Shown here: in pieces, positions 16,831-24,423 of the stretch
Position numbering within the stretch: position 1 is the first letter of the stretch
How the letters are laid out: the number at the start of each line of letters is the position of its first letter
From: Patescibacteria group bacterium
GTDB lineage: Bacteria > Patescibacteriota > UBA1384
Assembly: GCA_017992655.1 (NCBI GenBank)
Contig: JAGOOF010000001.1
Location: forward strand, 1 to 24,423
Direction of reading: 5' to 3'
Length of the DNA stretch: 24,423 nt
The notes under the pieces: generated by a model
The model's database searches: none
Told to the model about the DNA's origin: nothing
What the model saw: the letters and a program-made list of their open reading frames with translations, nothing else
Program-made: the position numbers and the translations under genes

Positions 16831-17679
16831 TTACCTTCTTTTTTTAGATCGTCGACGGATAATAAAACTGCCTCTGTCGAAGCGACGACGAGTCTTCTTG
16901 CCAAGCGCTTTGCTTCCCCATGGTGTTTTGGGTGCCTTCATCCCAATGGATGAACCGCCTTCACCTCCACCGTGAGGGTGAGCAGCGGGATGCATTGCTT
17001 TACCGCGTACTGTTGGTCTTATTCCCATATGCCTTTTTCTTCCAGCCTTATCAACCCTTATCGCATTATGAACATCGTTGCTAAGCGAACCGACGCTCGC
17101 AAGACAGGTGCTATGAAAACGACGGATCTCGCCAGAAGGTAGTTTAACAAGCGTATAATCGTTTTCGTGTGCCATTATAACTGCTCTCGACCCTGCAGAA
17201 CGAACTATTTTCGCGCGGCTTTTAGGTGTGATTTCTAAACAATGAACCGCAAGGCCAGTTGGAATCAGGCCAATAGGTAAACGGTTGCCTGGGGCAATCG
17301 GTGCTCTTTCTCCTATATCGAGTTTGTGGCCCACCTTAGTTTCTAGTGGAGCGAGTATATAAAATAGCTTACCGATACTATTTTTAATAAGAGCGATATG
17401 AGCAGACCTGTTTGGGTCGTATTCAAAACGTATAACCTCAAATGGTGGGTTGCCACATTGTTCCAGTGTGGAAATTTGTCGGTATAAACGTTTTGCTCCT
17501 CCCCCTTTATGCCGTACTGACACGTGGCCTTGGCTATCACGTCCAACTGCACGCTTAAACCCTTTAGTAAGTGACTTTACTGGCCTTGTTTTGCTTAATT
17601 TTTCGCTAATAACATAACTTGTCTTGCGTTGTGCAGGCGTGGTCGGTTTGCTAATTCTTATTTGCTTCTTTTTAATCAT
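16831..17679 (-). CDS. rplB: 50S ribosomal protein uL2
   Basis: [57 protein letters not shown]. Confidence 0.97.
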   Translation of the reverse strand: MIKKKQIRISKPTTPAQRKTSYVISEKLSKTRPVKSLTKGFKRAVGRDSQGHVSVRHKGGGAKRLYRQISTLEQCGNPPFEVIRFEYDPNRSAHIALIKNSIGKLFYILAPLETKVGHKLDIGERAPIAPGNRLPIGLIPTGLAVHCLEITPKSRAKIVRSAGSRAVIMAHENDYTLVKLPSGEIRRFHSTCLASVGSLSNDVHNAIRVDKAGRKRHMGIRPTVRGKAMHPAAHPHGGGEGGSSIGMKAPKTPWGSKALGKKTRRRFDRGSFIIRRRSKKRR

Positions 17680-17951
17680 TTCGTGACCTCAAAACCATCG
17701 ATTTTGACTTTTTCTGGCATCTTTACACGGATAATTTTAAGTGCCTTAGAGGCAAAATAGTTACGTCCTCTTCTTTTCCTTATGCTGGCTCGTTTAACCG
17801 CTACAATGCTTAGGGGATTTTTGCCGTATTTTACAGAAATCATTTCAGCCATATCAGGCTTAGTTATTTCTTTAGGTACAATAAATGAATACCAATTTTT
17901 TTCGATTAGTTGCAAACTTTTTTCGGTAATAAGAGGCTTGAGGTATATCAT
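17676..17951 (-). CDS. rplW: 50S ribosomal protein uL23 (divergent)
   Basis: KPLITEKS and YSFIV. Position between rplD and rplB. Confidence 0.88.
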   Translation of the reverse strand: MIYLKPLITEKSLQLIEKNWYSFIVPKEITKPDMAEMISVKYGKNPLSIVAVKRASIRKRRGRNYFASKALKIIRVKMPEKVKIDGFEVTK

Positions 17952-17952
17952 G

Positions 17953-18561
17953 TTATTTAATATTTTTTATTACATCTTCTGGCATAACCACAGCGTTGTT
18001 ATCCAAAAGGTCATAAACATTAAGACTGTTGCTGGCAACAGTTGTTATGCCAACCATATTTCGTGCCGTACGAATGAGGGAGATATGGCCTTTTTCAGTG
18101 ACCAATAAAATCTTTCTTCCTAGTATGCCGAGTTTTTCAAATAATTTTACAAGATCTTTCCTCGGTAATTTATCGATTCCTTTTACAGGAAAAAGCGCTT
18201 TCTCTGCCACTTTTTGGCTTAGCGCAACATTGCGTGCAGCAACACGCATTTTTTTAGGGATAGTCAGTGAGCGATTACGCTGCGAGGTAGGACCAAAGGT
18301 TACTCCTCCGCCTCTCCAGATCGGTGAACGACTTGAGCCAGCACGTGCGCGCCCTGTTCCTTTTTGGCGCCAAGGTTTTTTGCCTCCCCCACTTACTTCA
18401 CTGCGATCGAGTGTGTTAGCTGTTGCTGGCTTACGATTGGCAAGAAAAACGCGTACGGCCTGCGCAATTAATTTGTCGTTTTTTTTCTTACCAAAAACAA
18501 CATCAGCGACAGTTATTGTCGTCTCGCTTTTGCCTGTATTGTCGTAAAGTTTAATTTTCAT
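17953..18561 (-). CDS. rplD: 50S ribosomal protein uL4
   Basis: RSEVSGGGKKPWRQKGTGRARAGSSRSPIWRGGGVTFGP, RNMVG, LNVYDLL. Confidence 0.97.
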   Translation of the reverse strand: MKIKLYDNTGKSETTITVADVVFGKKKNDKLIAQAVRVFLANRKPATANTLDRSEVSGGGKKPWRQKGTGRARAGSSRSPIWRGGGVTFGPTSQRNRSLTIPKKMRVAARNVALSQKVAEKALFPVKGIDKLPRKDLVKLFEKLGILGRKILLVTEKGHISLIRTARNMVGITTVASNSLNVYDLLDNNAVVMPEDVIKNIK

Positions 18562-18562
18562 A

Positions 18563-19171
18563 TTACTGTTTAATGGTTACCCAACTATTATTAGCGCCGG
18601 GTATAGAGCCTTTCAGAAGAATTAGGTTTTCCTTAGTGTTAACATCGAATATCTCTATTTTTTTCTGGTTAGAAACAACTCCTCCAAGGTGACCAGGCAT
18701 TTTCTTTCCTTTAACTACTCGTTGTGGATAACCTCCACCAATTGACCCAGGTGCCCGGTGATGATCTGAGCCATGAGTTTCAGGCCCTCTATGGAAGCCG
18801 TGCCTTTTGATTACGCCGGCATATCCTTTGCCTTTTGTTACGCCAATAACGGTTACCTTGTCCCCTTTTGCAAACTGACTTACATCAACTTTGTCACCAG
18901 GTTTAAGATTAGTGTCTTGCTCTATGGAAAATTCTTTTAGCAATGAGTGATTAGTACCACCTTTTTTCATGTGTCCTAGTGCCGGTTTTTTTATGTTTTT
19001 CTCTTTTATCTCCCCTGCCCCCACCTGGGCAGCACTATAACCGTCGGGGTTTTTAGCTCTTATTTGCATAATAGTATTAGGAAGAGCGCTTACCACAGTT
19101 AAAACCACCAACTGTTTATCGGTAAATACCCGTGTCATGCCTATTTTTCTGCCTAGTATGAATTTTGCCAT
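18563..19171 (-). CDS. rplC: 50S ribosomal protein uL3
   Basis: GRKIGMTRVF, GYSAAQ, KGKGYAGVIKRHGF, HRAPGSIG, GKKMPGHLG, KGSIPG. Confidence 0.97.
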   Translation of the reverse strand: MAKFILGRKIGMTRVFTDKQLVVLTVVSALPNTIMQIRAKNPDGYSAAQVGAGEIKEKNIKKPALGHMKKGGTNHSLLKEFSIEQDTNLKPGDKVDVSQFAKGDKVTVIGVTKGKGYAGVIKRHGFHRGPETHGSDHHRAPGSIGGGYPQRVVKGKKMPGHLGGVVSNQKKIEIFDVNTKENLILLKGSIPGANNSWVTIKQ

Positions 19172-19245
19172 AAGATTAACGTTATCCCGATCCTTCCCTG
19201 AAAGGGTGATATCTTGGATTATATTTGGTTACTCATTTAGGTGTG

Positions 19246-19578
19246 TTAAGTTTTAATTTCGATGTCAACGCCACTCGGTAGGTCCAGGTTCATAAGTAGG
19301 TCGATTGTTTGCCCGCTTGGTTCCATTACATCTATTAACCGCTTATGAATTCTCATTTCGTATTGCTCTCGGCTGTCTTTGTGAATGAATGTCGAGCGCA
19401 AGACGGTCATTTTTTTAATTTGTGTGGGCAAAGGGATTGGCCCTATTGCGCTTGCTCCGGAACGGATAGCTGTTTCTATGATCTTCTCTGCTGCTTTGTC
19501 CAAAATACGATGATCATAGGCCTTTAAGCGTATCCTAATTCTTTGCTTTACCTCATTTTTTTTGCTTTGAGTAGCCAT
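19246..19578 (-). CDS. rpsJ: 30S ribosomal protein uS10
   Basis: [46 protein letters not shown]. Confidence 0.98.
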   Translation of the reverse strand: MATQSKKNEVKQRIRIRLKAYDHRILDKAAEKIIETAIRSGASAIGPIPLPTQIKKMTVLRSTFIHKDSREQYEMRIHKRLIDVMEPSGQTIDLLMNLDLPSGVDIEIKT

Positions 19579-19595
19579 TGACGGATAGTCTCTTT

Positions 19596-20780
19596 TTATT
19601 TGATGATTTTAGTAACAAACCCAGCACCAACAGTTCGTCCGCCCTCACGAATCGCAAAACGCATGCCATCTTCCATGGCAACGGGAACGATAAGCTTGAC
19701 TTTAAATGTAACTGTGTCTCCGGGCATCACCATTTCTGTTCCTTCCGGAAGCTCAACCTCACCCGTTACATCGGTGGTGCGAACATAGAACTGAGGCTTG
19801 TAACCTTTGCTGAACGGAGTGTGGCGGCCGCCTTCGTCTTTGGTAAGAATGTAAACTTCTGATTCAAACTCTGTGTGAGGCGTTATCGAACCAGGCTTTG
19901 CCAAAACTTGTCCACGCTCTACGTCGGTGCGTTCAATACCACGTAGTAGTACGCCAACATTATCGCCAGCCTGACCCTGGTCGAGCAATTTGTTGAACAT
20001 TTCCACGCCAGTAACAACAACTTTTTTAGTTGGTCTGATACCGACAATTTCTACTTCATCATTAATTTTTACTTGCCCGCGATCAATTCTGCCGGTTACT
20101 ACTGTTCCTCGTCCTTTAATGGAGAAAACATCTTCGATCGGCATGAGGAAGTCTTTGTCTATTTCTCTTTTTGGTTCAGGAATGTCTTTATCGAGTGCGG
20201 CAATTAATTCCTCAATTGCTTTTTCTGATTCCGCATCGCCCTCAATTGCTTTAAGAGCAGAACCACGGATGATACTGATTTTGTCTCCGTCGTATTTGTA
20301 CTTTGTTAAAAGTTCACGGATTTCCATTTCAACGAGGTCGATTAATTCTGCGTCCTTAACTTGATCAACCTTGTTCAAGAAAACAACGATATTAGGAACG
20401 TTTACCTGGTGCGCTAGCAAAATATGCTCTCTTGTTTGTGGCATAGGGCCATCGGCTGCTGAAACTACTAAAATCGCGGCATCCATCTGAGCGGCGCCGG
20501 TAATCATATTTTTTACGTAGTCAGCGTGTCCTGGACAGTCGACGTGCGCGTAGTGGCGGGTGTCAGACTCGTATTCACAGTGGCTGGTGGCGATGGTAAT
20601 ACCGCGCTCTCTTTCTTCTGGCGCGTTATCAATGGAGTCAAAAGATCGCTCCTTTGCCATTCCTTTTTTCGCTAGCACTTTTGTGATAGCGGCGGTTAAT
20701 GTTGTTTTGCCGTGATCAACGTGGCCAATAGTACCAACATTGACGTGAGGCTTGTTTCGTTCAAATTTTTCTGCGGCCAT
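19596..20780 (-). CDS. tuf: elongation factor Tu
   Basis: [54 protein letters not shown]. Confidence 0.99.
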   Translation of the reverse strand: MAAEKFERNKPHVNVGTIGHVDHGKTTLTAAITKVLAKKGMAKERSFDSIDNAPEERERGITIATSHCEYESDTRHYAHVDCPGHADYVKNMITGAAQMDAAILVVSAADGPMPQTREHILLAHQVNVPNIVVFLNKVDQVKDAELIDLVEMEIRELLTKYKYDGDKISIIRGSALKAIEGDAESEKAIEELIAALDKDIPEPKREIDKDFLMPIEDVFSIKGRGTVVTGRIDRGQVKINDEVEIVGIRPTKKVVVTGVEMFNKLLDQGQAGDNVGVLLRGIERTDVERGQVLAKPGSITPHTEFESEVYILTKDEGGRHTPFSKGYKPQFYVRTTDVTGEVELPEGTEMVMPGDTVTFKVKLIVPVAMEDGMRFAIREGGRTVGAGFVTKIIK

Positions 20781-20805
20781 TATACTCCTTTGGCATTAGA
20801 TGACA

Positions 20806-20822
20806 CGGCACATACTGTGCCG
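20806..20822 (-). promoter_or_regulatory. perfect stem-loop in the tuf 5' UTR
   Basis: CGGCACA-gta-TGTGCCG, a 7 bp inverted repeat. Confidence 0.6.
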
Positions 20823-20832
20823 ATTTGAATAA

Positions 20833-20875
20833 ATTGTAGCATAGTTATTGTAGCATTGCAACTGGTTTGTGTCAA
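20833..20875 (-). promoter_or_regulatory. two overlapping sigma70 promoters for tuf
   Basis: P1: TTGACA (20875-20870), 17 bp, TACAAT (20852-20847). P2: TTGCAA (20861-20856), 17 bp, TACAAT (20838-20833). Both -10 boxes are preceded by TGC. Confidence 0.75.
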
Positions 20876-20881
20876 TCAACA

Positions 20882-22960
20882 TTATTTAGCTTTATTGGAT
20901 GCAATTTGTTCTGTGATATTTCTTGGCACTTCTTCATAATGGCTAAATTCCATGGTGTAGCTTGCCCTTCCCTGTGTCATTGAGCGCAAGCTAGTTGCGT
21001 AGCCAAACATTTCCGCCAAAGGTACTTTGGCGCGGATCGATTTAGCGGAAGAGCGATCGTTCGTCTCTTCGATACGGCCTCTTTTGCTGTTTAAATCTCC
21101 CATGACATCGCCAAGAAAATCTTCTGGGGTGACTACTTCTACATTCATAATTGGTTCTAAAAGTACTGGACGGGCATTCTTTACACCTTCTTGCAAGGCC
21201 ATGGAGCCAGCAATTTGAAAGGCCATTTCGGACGAGTCAACGTCGTGATAGGTGCCATCGTACAGCTTTACCGTCATATCCACCAATTGGTAACCAGCAA
21301 CGACACCTTTTTGCATTGCCTGTTTAATACCTTTTTCTGCTGCCGGAATAAACTCTTGCGGGATAGCGCCACCTTTTATACTGTTGATGAATTCATATCC
21401 CTCGCCACGCTCTTTTGGCGTCACTTCAATATATACATGGCCATATTGACCACGGCCTCCGGATTGGCGAATGAATTTTCCTTCTGCTTTGGCCGGGGCG
21501 GTAATTGTCTCTCGGTAGGCAACTTGGGGTTTGCCGACGTTTGCTTCAACGTTGAATTCTCTTTTCATACGGTCAACAATGATATCCAGGTGGAGTTCGC
21601 CCATTCCACCAATGATAGTTTGGTTAGTTTCCTCATCGCTCGAAACCCTAAACGTCGGATCTTCTTCCGCCAAACGCTTAAGTGCTAGAGCCATTTTTTC
21701 TTGATCCGCCTTAGTTTTTGGCTCGATGGCGATATCGATAACAGGATCAGGGAATTCAATGGACTCTAAAAGAATCGGACGAGCTGGGTCGCAGAGAGTA
21801 TTGCCGGTAGTAGTGTCTTTGAGCCCAACTGCAGCGGCAATTTCTCCAGCGTAAATAGCGTCTACATCTTCGCGATGGTTGGCATGCATACGTAAAATGC
21901 GCCCAATGCGCTCTTTATTGCCTGTCGAGGTATTCAGGACATAAGAGCCGGACTTAAGAACTCCGGAATAAACCCTGAAGAATGCAAGCTTCCCTACAAA
22001 AGGATCTGCGGCAATTTTAAAGGCAAGTGCTGCGAAGGGTTCGTCGTCGCTAACTTGAAGCGTTATTTCTTTTTCGGGGTCTTTGGGGCTTGTTCCAACA
22101 GGTGCGGGGACCTCTAAGGGGTTGGGCAAATATTCGGTGATAGCATTAAGTAGAAGCTGAACCCCTTTATTTTTAAGAGCGCTTCCCAGAAAGACAGGGA
22201 AAAGGTTGCCCGCAATCACTGCTTTGCGTAGTGCTTTTTTAATATCGTCGACTAATAACTCATTTCCTCCAAGGTATTTATTAAGAAGGTCGTCATCAGT
22301 TTCTGCGATTTTCTCGATTGCTTTTTCCCTCAAAACTTCTGCGTGCTCTTTGAGATCTAAAGGAATTTCTCCTTCCTCTATTTCGTTACCGAGATCATCT
22401 TTATAAACATAAGCCTTGCGCGTAAGAAGGTCAACGATACCGCGAAGGTTAGATTCGGAGCCGACGGGCATTTGCATTAACACGGCTTTATTGGAAAGCC
22501 TCTCAATAATAGAGTTAAAACTTTTCTCGTAGTCGGCGCCAGTACGGTCTATCTTATTAATAAAGCAAATTCTCGGTACGTTGTATTTGTCGGCCTGTCG
22601 CCATACTGTTTCTGATTGTGGCTCTACACCGGCAACACCGTCAAAAACTACTACGCCCCCATCTAGCACACGCAAAGAGCGTTCTACCTCAACTGTGAAG
22701 TCTACGTGCCCAGGCGTGTCGATAATATTGATGCGCTTATTATTCCAAAAACAAGTTGTGGCTGCAGAAGTAATGGTAATACCTCTTTCGCGCTCTTGTT
22801 CCATCCAGTCCATTTCTGCTTGCCCCTCATGAACCTCACCTATTTTATGTTTTTTACCCGTGTAAAAAAGTACGCGTTCAGTGGTGGTTGTTTTTCCCGC
22901 ATCAATGTGTGCGATAATGCCAATATTTCTTGTGTCTTCTAGCGAAAATTCTCGTGCCAT
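20882..22960 (-). CDS. fusA: elongation factor G
   Basis: [61 protein letters not shown]. Confidence 0.99.
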   Translation of the reverse strand: MAREFSLEDTRNIGIIAHIDAGKTTTTERVLFYTGKKHKIGEVHEGQAEMDWMEQERERGITITSAATTCFWNNKRINIIDTPGHVDFTVEVERSLRVLDGGVVVFDGVAGVEPQSETVWRQADKYNVPRICFINKIDRTGADYEKSFNSIIERLSNKAVLMQMPVGSESNLRGIVDLLTRKAYVYKDDLGNEIEEGEIPLDLKEHAEVLREKAIEKIAETDDDLLNKYLGGNELLVDDIKKALRKAVIAGNLFPVFLGSALKNKGVQLLLNAITEYLPNPLEVPAPVGTSPKDPEKEITLQVSDDEPFAALAFKIAADPFVGKLAFFRVYSGVLKSGSYVLNTSTGNKERIGRILRMHANHREDVDAIYAGEIAAAVGLKDTTTGNTLCDPARPILLESIEFPDPVIDIAIEPKTKADQEKMALALKRLAEEDPTFRVSSDEETNQTIIGGMGELHLDIIVDRMKREFNVEANVGKPQVAYRETITAPAKAEGKFIRQSGGRGQYGHVYIEVTPKERGEGYEFINSIKGGAIPQEFIPAAEKGIKQAMQKGVVAGYQLVDMTVKLYDGTYHDVDSSEMAFQIAGSMALQEGVKNARPVLLEPIMNVEVVTPEDFLGDVMGDLNSKRGRIEETNDRSSAKSIRAKVPLAEMFGYATSLRSMTQGRASYTMEFSHYEEVPRNITEQIASNKAK

Positions 22961-22981
22961 AATGTTTTATATATTGCGAAT

Positions 22982-23038
22982 AAAAAGCCCCATTTTCGGG
23001 GACAAAGAAATTGTACTACATTATTTTATACATGTAAA
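22982..23038 (-). promoter_or_regulatory. fusA promoter followed by a hairpin and U-tract
   Basis: TTTACA (23038-23033), 17 bp, TACAAT (23015-23010). Then GTCCCC-GAAAAT-GGGGC (23003-22987) and TTTTT. Confidence 0.6.
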
Positions 23039-23070
23039 GATCGCATAACTGCTATCATGTACAATCGGCG

Positions 23071-23209
23071 CGAGAACTGTTGTATCAGTTTTTGCGTAAA
23101 CAGTTTATAGTTCTCTAGATGGCGCTTCGCTTTGCGCTTAGCGTGTTCTCTTGAACATAAAAAACATACCTTGGACAACAACAGTGGTGATACGAGGACT
23201 ATTGTATCA
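23071..23209. repeat. 17 bp imperfect direct repeat pair in the rpsG-fusA spacer
   Basis: CGAGAACTGTTGTATCA (23071-23087) and CGAGGACTATTGTATCA (23193-23209), 15/17 identical. Confidence 0.6.
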
Positions 23210-23210
23210 A

Positions 23211-23687
23211 CTAGTAGCGGGCGAAGTGGGCAAAGGCGCGGTTTGCCTCAGCCATACGATGAATATCTTCACGCTTTTTTAATGTTGCGCCAGTTCCCTG
23301 ATTAATATTTACAATTTCATCTGCGAGGCGTTGCGCAATTGGCTTTCCCTTAACGGCGCGTGCGGATTCAAGTAGCCAGCGCATCGCGATAGCAGTTTTG
23401 CGCGGTTCTTTTACTTCTACTGGTACTTGGTAGTTTGCCCCACCTACGCGACGTGATCGCACTTCCACAATAGGAGCAGCTTTTTCTAATGTTTCTTCGA
23501 GCAGATTATCGGGCTTTTTTGTTTTGAGTTTCTCGCTAGCGATTTTAATGGCGCTATAAACTATTTTTTCGGCAATAGATTTCTTGCCACTGTCCATAAC
23601 ATAACGGATAAACTTACTTACAACTAGTGAACCATAGATGGGATCTGGTTTTAAGTTTGCAAGATTTTTCTTAACTTTTCCTCTCAT
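23211..23687 (-). CDS. rpsG: 30S ribosomal protein uS7
   Basis: PDPIY, GKKSIAE, EVRSRRVGGANYQVPVEV, HRMAEANRAFAH. Confidence 0.98.
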   Translation of the reverse strand: MRGKVKKNLANLKPDPIYGSLVVSKFIRYVMDSGKKSIAEKIVYSAIKIASEKLKTKKPDNLLEETLEKAAPIVEVRSRRVGGANYQVPVEVKEPRKTAIAMRWLLESARAVKGKPIAQRLADEIVNINQGTGATLKKREDIHRMAEANRAFAHFARY

Positions 23688-23689
23688 TG

Positions 23690-24127
23690 TTATGCACCTT
23701 TCTCTGAGCCACTTTTAGGCTTTTTTGTGCCATAGTGGCTACGTGATACTTTACGATCGGCCACACCCTGGGTGTCGAGTTGTCCTCTAATAATGTGGTA
23801 ACGAACACCAGGCAAATCCTTAACACGACCACCCCTGATTAAAACCACAGAGTGCTCTTGTAAATTATGCCCTTCGCCGGGGATATAAGCGGTTACCTCT
23901 TGGCCACTGGTAAGACGTACTTTTGCGATCTTACGCAAAGCGGAGTTTGGTTTTTTAGGCGTCATAGTGGTGACCTTAACACAAACACCACGTTTAAACG
24001 GGTTTGATTTTCTAGAAAGCACAGGCTTATTCTTAAGAAAGTTAAAGCCTCTTCCTAGAGCGGGCGTTTTACTTTTGTGGGGAGCCGTTTTGCGTCCCTT
24101 GCGAATCAATTGGTTTATGGTTGGCAT
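23690..24127 (-). CDS. rpsL: 30S ribosomal protein uS12
   Basis: MPTINQL start (ATG 24127, AAGGA SD), [33 protein letters not shown]. Long N-terminal loop form. Confidence 0.98.
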   Translation of the reverse strand: MPTINQLIRKGRKTAPHKSKTPALGRGFNFLKNKPVLSRKSNPFKRGVCVKVTTMTPKKPNSALRKIAKVRLTSGQEVTAYIPGEGHNLQEHSVVLIRGGRVKDLPGVRYHIIRGQLDTQGVADRKVSRSHYGTKKPKSGSEKGA

Positions 24128-24141
24128 GATTTCCTTATCTT

Positions 24142-24423
24142 CTAATTTTTCCAAGCTTTGGGGTCGTATCCCGTACCTGCTGGAATTAGTTTACCAATAA
24201 TAACATTTTCTTTCAGCCCTTGCAACCTATCTACTGCTCCTCGTGTCGCGGCTTCTATAAGGACATTTGTTGTTTCCTGAAAACTTGCCGCAGAAAGGAA
24301 ACTTTCTGTTTTAAGCGCTACTCTAGTGATACCAAGTGCAACATCGTGTGCGAGCGCTTGCTTTCCTCCGGTCTTGCGCACGTCACTGTTGATTTGTTCC
24401 AAGCGTGTCCTGTCGACTAATTG
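24142..24423 (-). CDS. rpoC: RNA polymerase beta' subunit, 3' end
   Basis: [42 protein letters not shown]. Frame open to the window edge. Confidence 0.97.
   Translation of the reverse strand, partial: QLVDRTRLEQINSDVRKTGGKQALAHDVALGITRVALKTESFLSAASFQETTNVLIEAATRGAVDRLQGLKENVIIGKLIPAGTGYDPKAWKN

Noticed and set aside
18723-18731. Second perfect DnaA box (TGTGGATAA) inside rplC
   Set aside because: It lies in coding sequence spelling GYPQ in uL3, is isolated and is not near a promoter, so it is best explained by codon constraint.
19578-19862. Minus-strand alternative-frame ORFs within dac, pheT, rbfA/4TM, secY, rplB and tuf
   Set aside because: They are nested in confirmed genes in another frame with no family motifs.
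22961-23210. tRNA or CRISPR array in the long spacer
   Set aside because: No cloverleaf or T-loop motif. Only two 17 bp imperfect repeats 122 bp apart, which does not fit a repeat-spacer array.
24020-24065. Extra loop in uS12 ([15 protein letters not shown])
   Set aside because: This is a known long-form uS12 found in Firmicutes and other phyla, so it is not novel.
160-24420. Plus-strand ORFs in the track, including 14037-14489 (150 aa), 18029-18547 (172 aa) and 21191-21688 (165 aa)
   Set aside because: All lie antisense to well-supported conserved genes, show no recognisable motifs, and are expected shadows.
4055-24423. Genetic code 25 (TGA=Gly) as in Gracilibacteria/Absconditabacteria
   Set aside because: All conserved genes translate full length under code 11, and TGA appears as a stop in ATGA overlaps (rbfA, rplM, rplW).

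Overview
A 24.4 kb core-genome window (about 40% GC by eye) carrying one continuous minus-strand translation/transcription supercluster. Transcription order: rpoC (3' end) - rpsL-rpsG - fusA - tuf - rpsJ - S10/spc block - secY - hypothetical membrane-anchored beta-rich protein - map - infA-rpmJ-rpsM-rpsK-rpsD-rpoA-rplQ-rplM-rpsI - rbfA - 4TM protein - pheS-pheT - D-Ala-D-Ala carboxypeptidase - start of a possible winged-helix protein. No rpmD (uL30), heavy sequence divergence and near-zero intergenic space suggest Patescibacteria/CPR (inference), using genetic code 11. No tRNA, rRNA, CRISPR array or mobile element was seen. Most notable is reduction of core machinery: uL15 is 81 aa without its globular domain, RNA polymerase alpha has no CTD, PheRS lacks the alpha N-terminal arm and beta B2 domain and has altered editing-site residues, and bL36 (missed by the ORF track) carries an insertion. 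The few spacers hold clear sigma70 promoters: a perfect DnaA box on the predicted +1 of the infA/alpha-operon promoter, a probable leaderless rbfA, tandem tuf promoters, and a repeat-containing 250 bp rpsG-fusA spacer. All protein identifications come from recalled family motifs, not database searches.
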